From the NCBI GenBank assembly GCA_033442325.1, contig JAWQFM010000006.1, positions 290,355-354,354 of the forward strand: DNA of 64,000 nt, in the 5' to 3' direction. Source of the DNA: Salpingoeca rosetta (taxonomy: Eukaryota; Protista; Choanoflagellata). This document shows positions 29,999 through 44,257 of this stretch, in pieces (position 1 is the stretch's first letter; each line of letters starts with the position of its first letter). The notes under the pieces were generated by a model, which saw only the letters and a program-made list of their open reading frames with translations, was not told where the DNA came from and did no database searches. The translations under genes and the position numbers were made by a program.

Positions 29999-32810
29999 TG
30001 GTGTGTGCGTGTGTGTGTGTGGTTGTGCGTGTGTGTCACGCCAACAAGTTGCACGTCCCCTTCCCCTTTCCAAACGCACACAACCATCACTGTAAGGCGC
30101 ATCGCAATCGCATCCAATCCCCCTCTCACCTCGTCTGGGGAATTCTTCTGCAGGAGGAAGGTTGCGGCCCTGAATTCGGACGTGCGGCGAAGGTGCAGGG
30201 TCGATGCGCTGCGCTGCATGCTGGATGCAGCCACCTCCGGTTGCCGCGGCGTGCCATACAGGTTGCCTTTGTTCTCGCCGTACTCAATAAACTCATCCCG
30301 CTTCACCATCTCCTCAAAGACATCGCGCGAGACAAAGTGGTAGTGCTTGCCGTCCACCTCGCCCTCGCGTGGCGGGCGGGTTGTGTATGGGATTGTCTTT
30401 GCGTACACGTCGCGTCGAAGGTCAGCCCGCGCCGCACGCATGTCCGGGCGGTTGAAGACAGCCGACGTCAGGAAGTCGTGCGCGCTGATGCGGTAGTCTG
30501 TGCAAGCGGAGTGGCGCGGGGAGAAGACATGGCGAGGAATGGGATGGTTACAGGCAGAGAAAAACACAGAGGGGCAGACACAAGGACACGGCCCACGCAA
30601 TCACAAGCGTACACACGCACACACATGCACACAGACACACATGCACACAGACACACACACGCACGCACATGCACACAGACACGCAAACACGCATGCACGC
30701 GCACATTATACTTACTTGAGTCGAGGAGGCTCTCATCAACGCATGTTGTCGTAATCTCGACGGGGTCGCCGCACTTTGCGACAATCTTCTCAGCCTCAAC
30801 AGAGGAGCACGCAGCCACGCTCTGGCCGTCAACCGCAAGCAGGCAGTCGCCCTGCACAAAGCAAAAGGGGGGTAATCGTAACGGTGGTGGTGGTGGTGGT
30901 GGTGGTGGTGGTGGTGGTGGTGGTGGTGATAGTGGTGATGGTAATGTCAATAAGCGCACGTAGAAAACGCAGAGCCATGGCACATAGACGCTTGCACATC
31001 ATGTGCGCTGACAGGTGCACACACACGCACACACACACACACGCACGCACGCACGCACGCACACACTCTCTGACACGCTCCGCTCATCCCTTCGCCCTCT
31101 TGTCGCCATCCCGGTCTCTCCCCCCCAACGCCATTTACAGCTGCAAACGCACCACGCGCAGGTCGCGGTTTGTGGTGGAGAGGATGTGGACGTCACCAAT
31201 GTGGCGAATGGAGAGCAGGGTGCCGTGTTCCACACCGCCGTCAAAGGCAAACCCAAGCCGGCCACCCTCGCCGCGCGCCAGCACGAGTGTCTGCACCATT
31301 GGCGCGTCGCCCGTCTGCAGCCGCTTCATGTCCGCTTTTGACAGGAGCGGCTCGTGTGTCCGGGACGCGATGGACGATGCGTCCGATCCGGCATCACTCA
31401 CGCGGATGGAAACGCTCGTTCGCGCAGACGCAGACGCCGCTGGTGTGTGTGTAGGCATGTGTGTGTGCGTATGTGTGTGTGCGCGCGTGCGTGTGTGTGT
31501 GTAGGCATGTGTCAACTGTGCGACGACAGAGCGGTGACATGGCGGGTCACCTGGTAATGCAAACTGCTGCAACACACAAACCCACAAACTAACGACGACG
31601 ACCAGAAGCGTGACCATCACGTTGTACCTCCTGCTTTTCGTTGTGCTGTGGATGGAGATGAAGACGTCACTGCTGCCGCTGCTGCTGCAGCGGGCTGGCG
31701 TTGCGTCATGGCTGCACCGTTGGGTTGGGATGAGAGTGCCTCTTGTCCGCGCATGTGTGCAATCAAGTCCTTTGTTGGAAGAATCGTCCCGTACATGTCC
31801 CCGCGCTCATCCGTTCGGTACTCCAGCATCCTGTGTGCGTGCGTGCGTGCGTGCGTGTGTGTGTGTGTGTGTGTGTGTGCGTGTGAGAGCGAGAGAGAAA
31901 GAGAGCGAGAACGTGTGTGTTTGGAAATCATTTCGTCATGCGTAGGAGCGAAGCTGCCACACCACAACCTCATGTTTACTCCGTCGCCTGACTGCGCGCA
32001 CCTGTTTGACTCAATGAGCTTCTGGAAGAGGTCCTTTGAGATGAAGTAGTAATCCTTCCCTTGCACGTCCTCTGCACACACATGCGCATATATGTGTGAG
32101 TTGAGGGCAACACAGGCGGTGCACGCTTGCTCCTCTCGTCTCACCAGCAACAACAACAGCCATCTCTACCACCCATCACAGCAACAACAAGCAGCAACAG
32201 CTACACCAACGCACGTGCGTCCTTGCTGCGTGTGGTGCAGGGGATGATGAGGGAGTAAACGGTCTTCTTGACGCGCGCCTGCAGCTCAGCCAACAGCGGG
32301 TCCGGCTGTTGAAGGTTGAACACAGTGCTGATCCTAAGGTGTTACGCGCGCGCGCGTGTGAGTGAGTGCATGTGTGTGTGTGTTAGTGAGTGAGTGCGTG
32401 AGTGCGTGAGTGTGTGTGTGTGTGTGCGCGCTTTGTGAACAGATCCACAACTTGCTCACATTTCAGCGATCATGAATGACTGCGTAGGCACATACATGCA
32501 CACACACATACACGCATGAGCAGCGGGGTCTGACTTGATGAGGTCGTCGCGGCCAATGGTGCCGAGGGAGAGGCGAACGTCCTGTGCAGACTGCGCAATC
32601 AACTCCGTCACCCGCTCATGCGATTCGCCGGCGACGTCCACGCCGTTCACCTCCAGTATCAGGTCCTTGTCATGCAGCTTGCCCGACCTGGCAGGTGTTG
32701 CACACGTGTGAGCCTTGAGAGAACGACCGTGGCACATGGACGTCAAGCGCAACGTGGCCAAATCACTTGTACACAAGAGGGCACACACAAAGTAGTGGAT
32801 TCAGGCACAC

Positions 32811-32841
<31 letters not shown>

Positions 32842-33342
32842 CACACAGACAGACAGACACACACAGACAGACTCACACACAACACCTCCTTACCTCACGT
32901 GCGGCTTCTCCTTGCCGAGTTCAATGAAGCAGAAGGAGTTACTCTCCAGCCCTCCAGCCACAGTGAAACCAAACCGCCCGTTTGCAGACTTTGCCACAAC
33001 GGCGTCACGAATCACGAGGTCCTGGGCAGCACACGAGCGTTCGTGCAGTGTGTGTGTGTGATTATGAGTGCGCGCGCGTGTGTGTGACCTTGATGCGTGG
33101 GTGCTCTGTCACACACACACAACAAAGAGAGTCTTCACACAGGCACACGTACACACACAGACAGACACAGTCACAAACAAACAAACACACACACACAGAA
33201 AAACACGGACACACACACCCACTGACACAGACACAGACAGACAGACACACGAACACACAGACGTACACACAGACGTACACACATGCACTGTGCTCACCTT
33301 TTTCCGCTTTGAGCGGCGAAAGAAGCTTGGTGTCTTCGGCAT
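28877..33342 (-). CDS. MAGI-like MAGUK: PDZ-GK-PDZ-GK-PDZ, coiled coil, C-terminal transmembrane helix (~11 exons)
   Basis: PDZ1: [39 protein letters not shown]1: [29 protein letters not shown]2: [24 protein letters not shown]2: [45 protein letters not shown]3: [25 protein letters not shown]. Tail: [27 protein letters not shown]. Confidence 0.85.
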
Positions 33343-34085
33343 GGTTCCCTGTGTTTCGTCCTGTTTGCCTCGTTCCCTTCCGCTGTTCGTCTCGTCTTGT
33401 CTCAGCTCGTCTGCCCACCAACAGTCAGCAAGCAGCACGTGTGTCCAGCCGACTGGTCCTTCAAAATGACAGACAGCTGTTGTCTACTCAGTGTGCTCTC
33501 TGCTCGGTGATGTGAAATGATGGGACGCGGTGGTTCTGCTTCGCTTCCTGAACGCAGAGGTTGTGATGAAGATGATGAGCGCACCAGCGTGAGGCATACA
33601 CCAGAGCCAGGCAAGCACACACACACACTCATTCACACTCACACACACTCACCCACTCTCTCACACACACACACACACACAAGCACTCACTTCAAGTACA
33701 GCAACACACACACACACACACACTGATGATGATGATCATCAACCTTCGTCCCCCAATCAAACACACACACGAAGCAGCAAACAGCAAACGGCGCACCACT
33801 CCCTCCAGCACCTTTTTTGCTTGCAGCGCGCAGAAGAAGTGAAGAGGCGAAAAAAAGGGCACAGGCAAGCAAGAGAGCAAGATTGTGATTATTTTTATTC
33901 TAGTGATAGTTGCTGGGTATCTTCAACAAATCACGGTTTCGCGGGTAGGAGCTTCAATCAGGTGTCGTCCTGGTCAGGCAAAGCAGGATTCCGTTGGCTG
34001 CGATGCACCGAAGGCTGGAATGCGCCAACTTGAAAAACTGGCCGATGGGTGACAACCTTGCTTGCTTGCTCCGCTGGTTCGAGAT

Positions 34086-34129
<44 letters not shown>

Positions 34130-34371
34130 CCAATCACACACCAGCAGACTGCACCACACCACACACCAACCAACCAAACCAGAGATCACGCACGACCAAA
34201 GCAAGTGGGCTCAAAAGAACCGCCTGCAAAGTCGCGGCCACCAAAGGAGCTTTGCGCTGCCCACGCCAGAGACAAGTCGCAGCACACGGCCTGCCGGCGT
34301 TGCCGTTCGCATTCACACCACCACATACTTGCTTGCTTGATTCAGACAGCATCACAAGCGTCATCTCTCTC

Positions 34372-34404
<33 letters not shown>

Positions 34405-34577
34405 GTGCGTTGTGTATTCCATCACACACGTCCACTTCCAACCACTCCAAACCGCTACAGCAACGCGTCGCAGCTGCACCGCAGTCAGCAAGGGACTGAC
34501 CAAAGTCTCAAGACAAGAACGAACAAGGCCGGCGTTGATTGCGCTGTCTCACTCTTGGTGTTGATTGAGAGGCCAAG

Positions 34578-37500
34578 ATGACGACGGAGGCGCCCTCGGC
34601 TACGTCCAGTCGCGGCTCAAACAGGCTCAGCGACACAAGCAAGCGTGCGAGCGACTTACCGTCCAGCACGACGTTCTCCCACAACATTGGGCTGCAGTCG
34701 CTGTTCACTGCCGTCGCCTACAATGATGGCAAGACCAGCCTCATGTCCGACTTTACCCAGCGCTCAGACAACCCCGTCCCACTCGAGCTAAGGTAACACC
34801 ATACACGTGTGTACTTGTGCAGGTGCAGGTGCGCGTGCGTGTGTGTGTTTTCATGTGACGTTGCACAGGGGACGTAGCATTGGGTTGTTTCAAGGGTGGT
34901 ATTGTGGCGTGTGGGGTGAGGTGCGTCCGGGCCAGTTGCGTCGCAAGTGGTTCTCCATGACTGACTGATGAGCGTCGTCTTGGCTGATACTTGGGTGGCA
35001 TTGGGCTTTACAGGATTGAGTTCAGCCTGTTGCATCTGTTCAAGGCGCAGCAGTCGCGCACCAAGCCGTCAGCGGGCGTGCAAATCCTCAACGAGCAGGT
35101 AACGTTCGTTGATGGTGGGTGTCTAGAGTGCGGCTGAGGAGGGGGGGGGTGAGTATGCAGCGTGTCTTGTCCTAAACACGTACCAGCTACAGCAGTGCTG
35201 GACACACTGACAGCACTCACGGCCCATCATGCATCACCGAAACGACTGACAACGCACGTGCAGTTGAAGCGCATTGAGGAGCGGCATCGTGCCGAGACCA
35301 CCATGTACGAGGAGATGCAAGAATACCTCAAGCAGCGGTCCCGTCTGGAGTACGAGCACGCACAGAACTTGACGAAGCTCACCCAGCAGGTGCCGTGCCG
35401 TACTGTGGAGGGAAGGAGCGGGAGTGAGTGTGTGAGTGTGTGTTAGTGTGTGTGGGTATGCGCGAGTCTCTGTGTGTGTCTGTGTGTGTGTGACTCCATG
35501 CGACCAAGTGAGTGATTGAGTGATTGATTGAGCGGCGGGGTTGGGCAGCAGGCTTTCTCGTGTGAATTGGAACACAGCACGTAACTTGAGGTCTCTCTCT
35601 GTCTCTCTCTGTCTCTGTCTCTCTGTCTCTTTCTGTCTCTTATCTGCTCACGCTTTGCAACATGGATGTTGTTCACACAGTTCCACCAGCGCGCCAAGTT
35701 TCCAGACTGGACGTTCAAGGAGGGCCACGAGAAGATGTGAGTGTCGGCTGTTGGTTGTCTGTCTCCTGGCGGTTCCCACAACAGCCACTATTCATGTGAA
35801 CACAACTCTTCAACGTCGCACACACACTCACACACACTCACACACACTCACACACACACACACACTCACACACTCTCTCTCTTACTCGCTCACACACACT
35901 CACACACACACTCTCTCTCACTCGCTCACACACACTCACACACACTCACACACACTCACACACACTCACACACACTCACACACACTCACACTCACACACA
36001 CACACACTTGCGCTATGCAGCCTGGCCATGGACCTGTACCGGATGCTGCTGGAGAAAGACGTGGAGAATGCGCTGATCCAGCAGCGCGCGGCAGAGAAGG
36101 TGTTCAAGATGGCTGGCGAGCAGATGGAGGCCCGTCTCGAGGACAAGCGCTCCATGGACAGATGCGTACGTTCGCGCAACAGAGAGCCGGGGAGGGGAGA
36201 GATGACAGATGGATGGAAGTTTGGATGGGTGGATGGGTAGATGGATGCATGGTTGGTTGATTGGTGTGAGGGTGGTGTGAGATTGCAATCGGGGTGGGTG
36301 CATCGACCACTTCCGCTCACCCCAATCTGTCCTCCTGTCGTCATGTCTCTACCACCCTTCTTGCAGGCCGTTCGCGTGCTCGGCGCTCTGCAAGAAGAGC
36401 TCTGCTCCCTCGACGCCGCCGTCACAAAGGTGGAGGGTGTTTGCTTGCTTGTTTGGTTGGTTGTTTGTTTGTTTGTTTGTTTGTTTGTTTGTTTGTTTGT
36501 TTGTTTGTTTGTTTGTTTGTTTGTTTGTTTGTTTGTTTGTCTGTTTGTTTGTTTGTTTGTTTGTGTGTGTGGATGCAGCATGAGTGGCGCCAAGGTCTCG
36601 CATCATGTGTCACAGTGCTGCTTCTCACGATATGTGTGGCGTTTTGCGTTTTGACGCGTGATTAGGCCAAGAAAATGTACGACGGCAGCATGAAGGAGCT
36701 CGAGTCCTTCCAGAAGAAGAAATCAGGTCTGTGCCACGTCCAGGGTGGAGTGGAGTGCAATCAGCAGTGTCCCTCTGCCATCAGTTCTCAATTCTCGTTT
36801 CCACCAGTTTCTTCGTCTTCTTTCTCCTTACAACCCACGCACAGTGTCTTGCCCTCAAACACAATCTCACACCCACAACACACACCACACGCACACACTC
36901 ACAACACACACAACACACACACACACACACACAGCCAAGAAGAAGCCGGACTATCCCGCCAAACTGCGGGCGCTCGAGTCCAAAGCGCGCAGTCTGAAGA
37001 TGGAGTACCTGCTGGAACTTGCGTCCGCCAACGCGCGCTACCTCAAGTTCAGGGACCACCAGATGCCAGAGGTCTTTGATGTGAGTACCCACGTAGAAGA
37101 CGGGAAGACGGGAAGATGGGAAGTGGAGGTTTAAGTTCACGGTGGAAAGCGAACAATGCATTTGAAGTTGAAGGTGGAAGTTGGGGTTGAAGGGGTCGCT
37201 GGTTGGTGCGCAATTTAATTTGTACGCATTACTTTTCTGTCACTTCAAAGCTGGTACTGTTTGTAGTTGCGTCCATCGTCAGCGACGACGACCACACAAT
37301 TCCTCACGTCGCATGTGCTTGTTATGTCGCATGTGACACAGACCATCAACCAGCAGACGATGGAGTGGCTCAAGGTGTTTCTCAAAGCGATTGTCAACAC
37401 CCAGCTTCAGCCAGCCCACGTCCAAATCGAGGTGCATGTGTGCATGTGCGTGTGTGCATGTGTATTTTGTATGTGTACGATCTTCTGTCTGCGGATGTGC

Positions 37501-39515
37501 GCTTGAGTAGAGGTTCTACGCTTCTTCAGCCTCATTGCAGCCACCGACAACTACTTGGATTCTCATGACTCAATCAATACTTCACCACGTCAAACTCACA
37601 CCAATTCTTTCATCATCACCACCACCACCGCCTTTATCGTCATCATCATTAGAGTGGCACGCTGCTGCAAGAGCGGACAGACATGCTCGATGTCGAGTTT
37701 GAGCGCCGCAACTTCATGCACGCAAACCGGAAGGATTTTCCTGGTCGCCACCTCTTCCAGATGGTCCCGTACTCCCCCGATGACGACCCGTGAGTTGCGT
37801 GTACGGCTTTGTGCGAACGTGTGTGAGTGACTGAGTGTGTATGAACTGATGTTTTCTCTTTTCCCCCGCTCAGTGTGCATGAGAGAGAATGTATGTGTAT
37901 GCGCGCGTGTGTGTGCACGTGTGTGAGTGTGTGTGCACGTGTTTTGTGAACGTGCCTTGCCTCCCTTCCACTGCATGTGTGTGCTTGTACTTGAACGTTG
38001 TCCTTCCTTGATGCATCTTCTTGTTGTTCAGTGCACTCTACGTACCCACGTTTTATCGTACCTCACCTCACCTCATCACAACACGGCATCGCACCACCAT
38101 GGCAGCAACCTCGAGGTGTCGAACAAGTCGAAACTCATCCTCACACAGACGCGCAATCTCCTCCGCCACCACGTCGACACCATGACAAAGGAGCTTGAGA
38201 AGAAGGAGGAGCAAGTAGAGTCTCTGCTTCAGCTCTATCAGCACTACGCAAAGGCTGGTGCTGTCCTCGATAAGACACAGAACCAGGCCGAGGTGTGTAC
38301 ATCAAGAGAAGTGCGTGTGTGCGTGTGTGTGTGTGCGTGCGTGTGTGTGCGTGTGTGTGTGTACATGTGTGTGTACACGTGTGTGCGCATGTGTGCGTTC
38401 CCTCGCCTGAAGGAGAGCTATCAAATCTCATGTATTGTTGTCCGTGTGCATACTCGTCTGCTTCGTGGTTGCTTGTCACAGACGATGAAGCAGAAGATGG
38501 AGCAAGTCTACGCTGAGATTGAGGTGAGACCAGTGTGTGTGTGTGTGTGTGCGTGCGTGCGTGCGTGTGTTGGGTTTACACCTACAAACATCACAGAGGT
38601 GCATGTTGGCGCAGCGACACCAACACATGAGCATTCCAGTTGTGTTTGGGCACGCACATCACGCTCACACCCCTATTCCCCTTCAACCTTGCATCAGGCG
38701 CTTGCTGACCACCGCTCAAGCCTGCAGTCGAAGATCAACTTCATTACGCAATCCGGCGTTGACGAAATCGAGGACTTGACGCTCATCAACCAGAGCCAAG
38801 GTTCCGGCGTCATCGACATCACAGAGGCACAGGTGTGTGTGTGTGTGTATGTGTGTGCGTGTGCGTTTGCTTGTGCATGTGCTTGAGTGAAGACACTTTC
38901 TGAGATGTCTTGCGCTTCCTTCTCGTTCTCCCGTTCACCACCTCTACCACCACCACCACAACCACGACCAACCACCCTCATTGTCTCGGTTTCATCCGAC
39001 AGGAGCGGGAGGCGGAGCGCCGGCGCCATTTCCTGGAGAAGACAACATCGTCGCTCGCCATCGAACAAGACGTATCCTCGGCGCAGGTTGAGGTGCGCCA
39101 CCACTTGTACTTGCACACACATCTGTGAGATGGTTTGTTTTGTTAGTTTTGTTTGTTTTGTGTGTTTGTTTGTTTGTTTGTTTGTTTGTGTGGATTTTAT
39201 GTTTGTTTGTTTGTTTGTTTGTTTGTTTGTTTGTTTGTTTGTGTGGATTGTTTGTGTGTGTGTGTGTGTGTGTGTGTGGATTTTTTGTTTGTTTGTTTGT
39301 TATGTGCGCGTGTGCGTGTGACTGTGGACGAATTGCTTGATCATGCACTCATGATCACCACATCATCATCACGACCACTACAGCGGGTTCGGTCCCAGGC
39401 GAAGGTTGCAGCAGACGATCTTGTGAGCGTCGCAGGCGATGATGTGGCGGCATCTCATGTCTGTCACACATACAATCCACCCACGCATGCGCATGTGTTA
39501 CACACAAAAAACAAA

Positions 39516-39551
<36 letters not shown>

Positions 39552-42500
39552 TGCGCTGGTTGCTTCGTTGCATGTTCCTTGCGTGATTTATTGTCCCTTT
39601 TCGACAGCTCACAGCCCATTCTGCTTCTTCCTTTCCCACACCGTACAGAGCTGGTCCTCTGACACGAGTGAACCTCCATCGCCCTCCACTGCCCGCAAGC
39701 AAAGCCGCTTCTCAAACATGCTTGGTTTGCGTCGCAACAAGCGGGAGCAAAACGCCCAGAAGGTGCAGAATGTCGTGTGTGTGTTTGTGTGTGTTTGATT
39801 GTTGTGCGCTTGTCGTGTGTGTGTGTGTGTATGTGTGCGTGTTTATCGTGTGTCTGCGTGATTGAACGTTCAACATTGTATTCAGTCACAATCACAACAC
39901 ATCCACTTGCCTTGCTTCTTCTTCCTCATGTCTCGCTTGCCAATCCAAACACACTCTGACACGACACTCACACGGTTCCATGTTGTCGTCCCTTGCGTCC
40001 CTCTTCCCCTCCTCGCACATCCTCTCGTGCTCAGACGAAGAGCGGCACGAAACTGCGCGAATCGGACGAGGCCGCACCCCCGCCACCACCAGGGCCGCCA
40101 CCACCACCAACACCAGCATCAAACACAACAGCCCCTCCACCGCCGCCGCCACCGCCGCCACCAGGCGGGATGTTGCAGGCGACGTCGAACAGCAACGAGT
40201 CCGCTGACGACGACGACGATGACGATGGTGATGACGCACCATCACCGTTTCTCGCCAGCTCGCCGCTGCTGAAGCGACTCAGGTCAAAGCCAGCGGAGGC
40301 AACGTCCACGCCGCCACCGCCACCAGCACCAGCGGCAAAGCCAACCACGCCAACCACAACCGCTGCACCCCCTCCACCACCACCGCCACCGCCACCGGCC
40401 CCCATGGCGTCCATGCCTGGACCACCACCGCCACCGCCGCCACCACCAGGGCCACTGGACACAGCAAACACAGCAGCGCCACCGCCACCACCAGCGATGC
40501 CACCAGCACCCTCCATACCCGTACCACCACCGCCACCACCACCTGCAACGATGGAAACGAACACAGCGGCCGACACCATCCCATCGCCCATCACCCCGCC
40601 ACCACCACCATCGGCGTTTGGCGCAGGCGACGAAAATCCTCTTGCCAACGAGGAATTCTTTCCGCCACCGCCACCGCCAATGTCTCCACCGCAGCGGCAG
40701 GACGAGACAGATGTTGTTGTCAGGCGACGCGGAGCAAAAACGCGCAAGCGTAGTAAGTGTGTGCGCGTGTGTTTCATGTGCGGATGTATGTGTGCGAGTG
40801 CTTGTGAATGTTGTGCTGGTGTGTACATGCAAGAGGGAGAGAGAGTGTGTGTGTGTGAGTGTGTGTGTATGTGTGTGTGCATGTGGGTGTTGTATTTGTT
40901 CATGTGGTTATTTGCTTGTGTGTGTGTACATGCGAGCGTGTGCGTTTTGTGTGTGGCTGACCTCGGACGCAGTGTGTGGCATGAGCACGGCAAAGATGTG
41001 TGTGTGTGTGTGTGTTTGCTTGCTGTTTGCTCACTCAACACCTTGCACCATCCATTGCCCGTGCTGTGAATTTGACTTGTGCAGGCTCGTTTGAGGATGT
41101 TAGACAAAGTGGGTTTGGGCGCCATTTTTTCCACACGCTTACACCAAACAGACGAATGTGCATGCTTGTCATGCTTTCACAGAACTCCTCTGCTCAACAG
41201 TTTTGGCGTGTCTTTCGCTCACACTGTCTCTCCGCTCACTCCTTCTCCCTGCTCTCCTTCCGTGTCGACCAGGCCTGCGTGCACCACCACCGCCACCTCC
41301 ACCAGAGGATGAGCCAGCCATTCTTCCGCCCCGTGAAGGTGAGCAGCACAAATACCAAGACTACGCATGTGCATTCGCTTGCATGATGCTTTGCATTCGC
41401 CCGCAAGCACTACCTCTCATCACTTTCTGCAAACAACACACCTATGCCTGCGTGTATGGTGCGTGTGTGCGTGCATGCGTACATGCGTGTGTGCGTGTGT
41501 GTGTGCGTTTACGTGTGTGTGTGTGTGTGTGCATTCATGTGTTTTTCATGTGTTTACAGCGTTGATTCCGCTGTATCGCGCGAATTACGACTACGAGCCT
41601 GCACAGCAGGACGACCTCGGCCTGCGGGCAAAGGAGATTCTCTTCATTCTCGTTGTCCGTGAAGACGGGTGGTCACTGGTGAGTGGCAGCCGGCATTGTG
41701 CCATGGAGCTCGCTTGCTTGCTTGTCCCCTCCCTACCTTCCTTACATCTCTTGCTTGCTGGCTTGCTTGCTTCCTCATCCTCTTGCTGGACTTGCTGCTG
41801 CCTCGCCTCGCTGCTGTGACAACACGTGTATGTGTATTGCTTCCACTTGTTATGTTGCTCATCCTGTTAACACCGCCACCAACCAACCACCATCGCCACC
41901 ACCACCACCACCACACACGGCAGGGCATGTCTCTGCACGGCAAAGTTGGTTTCCTGCCGTCGTCGTATGTGGAGGAGATCAAGGAGCCTGAGAAGTACCC
42001 GTGCGAAAAGGTGCGCAAGCCCTGCTTGCTTGTGCGCCGTCCTTTGCTTGTTGATGCGTGGATGCACATGTTTATGGTTGAGTTTTGCCTGCAAGCAAGC
42101 GAGTGGTCATGAATGCATGCATGCAGGCTGTCGCCACAACCTAGACACACATCATCATGTGTTCACGCTGACCATCTTGTGGATGCGATTGACAGGCTCG
42201 CCTCGTGCATGTGCCGCGCGAGTATGTGCTGAAGGACATGAAGGTGACAGCAGGATCACCCGCCATCCTTTCAAAGGTAAAGCTGCAGTTGCTGTGGAGA
42301 TGATGTTCCATGCCAGCAGTTGTGTCGTTTGTGCCTACACGCGCCTGTGCGGTGCTCACCCGCGCTCAACCTCACCTGCATCTCATGACTTTTATCTCAC
42401 ACATGGTTGGCATATCTCACGCTCACCAACCATACATCCTCTCTCTTTCATCCCTCTCTCCCGCCCCCTTCCTCTCCGTCCGTCCCTCCTGCTCTCTCTC

Positions 42501-42732
42501 CTTCTCCCTCCCGTCCCTTTCTGGCAGATTAAGCCTGGCTCGATTGCTGAGCGCTGTGGTCTTCGCAACGGTGACATTGTGATTGAGGTCAACTCAAAGC
42601 CAAGCGCCACAAAGTCGGCAGACAGCGTGAAGAAGTTGCTCAAGGCAGCTGTGGGCGAGCACGTGGCATTCTGCGTTCTCAACCAAAACGGCCTCTTGCA
42701 GTCTGCAGAAGCCCTCAACAGAAGGAGGTGGG

Positions 42733-42763
<31 letters not shown>

Positions 42764-43126
42764 GGGTTGTTGTTGTTGTTGTGGGTTGTTGTTGTTGGTG
42801 GTGGTGGTGTGTTTGATTTTTTATCAACACATTTTCGTTCGATCTGTGTGTACATGTGTCTGTTGTGATGTACTTGTGCTTTGTGCAGTCACGTGCGGTG
42901 TGAATGTCATATCTTGCGTTTGTGGCATGTTTTGTGTGAGTACAACTGCATTTGCGTGACTTCCACTCGAAGCAAGCGCTAGTTTTTCCTCCAACGCCCA
43001 CATGCTCACATGCTCACATGCTCACATATTCATACGCACGCACACGCGCACACGCACACACGCGTTCTTGCACTGGCTTCATGCACACATTACAGCAAGC
43101 GCCCTTCCAACGTGAACATGGTGTAA
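34578..43126 (+). CDS. F-BAR (srGAP/FCHSD-like) protein with coiled coil, long polyproline region, SH3 and PDZ domains (~22 exons)
   Basis: F-BAR: LNEQLKRIEERH..MQEYLKQRSRLEYEHAQNLTKL and EYLLELASANA..KFRDHQMPEVFD. Polyproline exon at ~40035-40755. SH3: YRANYDYEPAQQDDLGL..EDGWSLG..GKVGFLPSSYV. PDZ: IKPGSIAERCGLRNGDIVIEVNSK. Final exon ~43096-43126 ends SKRPSNVNMV*. Confidence 0.8.
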
Positions 43127-43575
43127 TGCGTGGCCGTTGGTCGCCACGAGGCCTTGGTCTACTTGTTACCAAACGCACCTTGATGCTTGCAAGCAACCGT
43201 ACATACAGCCAACACCTTCTGGCTGCTGAATTCTGTCGTTGTGTTCATTCTCATTCTCAGTGACTCTACGTTGTCATTCCATCACTAGTTGCTATTGACC
43301 ACCTTGTATGTACACCCACTGTTATCCCCCTCGTCAATGGTCTTGTGGCGATGATGTTAATGTGTTGTTGTATTTTGCGTGTCTTTTTGATTTGTTTCTC
43401 TTTGATGGAAGTGTTCTCCCACGATAGGTGTTGATGTCATGTCACTTTGCCCCATTGCTGTTGGTTACAGCACCCAGTAAACCACCACAAATGTCACCCC
43501 AGCTCGTTGGACGTGCGTGAACAATTGAGTGCGTGTCGCAACGCAGCAGCAAGAACACGCACGCCCACACACGCG

Positions 43576-43646
<71 letters not shown>

Positions 43647-44257
43647 GCAGGTTATTTCTGACAGATTGTTGTGCGAATGGTTTAATTTGTGTTTCTCGTT
43701 TGGTAATACATATCTTCTGTTCACACGCGGATGTTGCTGCGATGCATCAAGAGCATGAGAGCAGTACTACCAGCAGCAGCAGCAGCATCAGCATGGTGGA
43801 CAGGCAGAGGAGAGGGGAGGAGGACACAGAAAAGGATGAGGAAGGGGGGGGGAAGCAATTCTAGGCCATACGCAACGTGCTTGAGTGCAACGGAGCGCAT
43901 CAGCTGACACAAAGGAAGGACAGAAGGCAAATCTACGCAAATACAAATATGGTTGTAGGCTGTTGGGAATGGAGAAGAGGATACATCCGAGTCACGGTGT
44001 GGCAGTGGTCCAAACAAACAAAACTAACACGCACACATGTCACAAACAATGGTGGCCAAAAGACGGGCATCGATTGAATGATACATCCATGCAAACACCC
44101 ATTCCTACGCACTCGTTCATACACACACGTGCATACATGCGTACATCATACATACGGCCACAACCCACCACATTCAACTACATCAAACCACGAAAACGCA
44201 AAATAGAAAACACACAAGCAGTACACGAGGCGACAACGCAAAAGACGCGTGATCATG

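Noticed and set aside
40031-41134. Gly-rich 367-aa minus-strand ORF
   Set aside because: Antisense of the polyproline exon of the F-BAR gene
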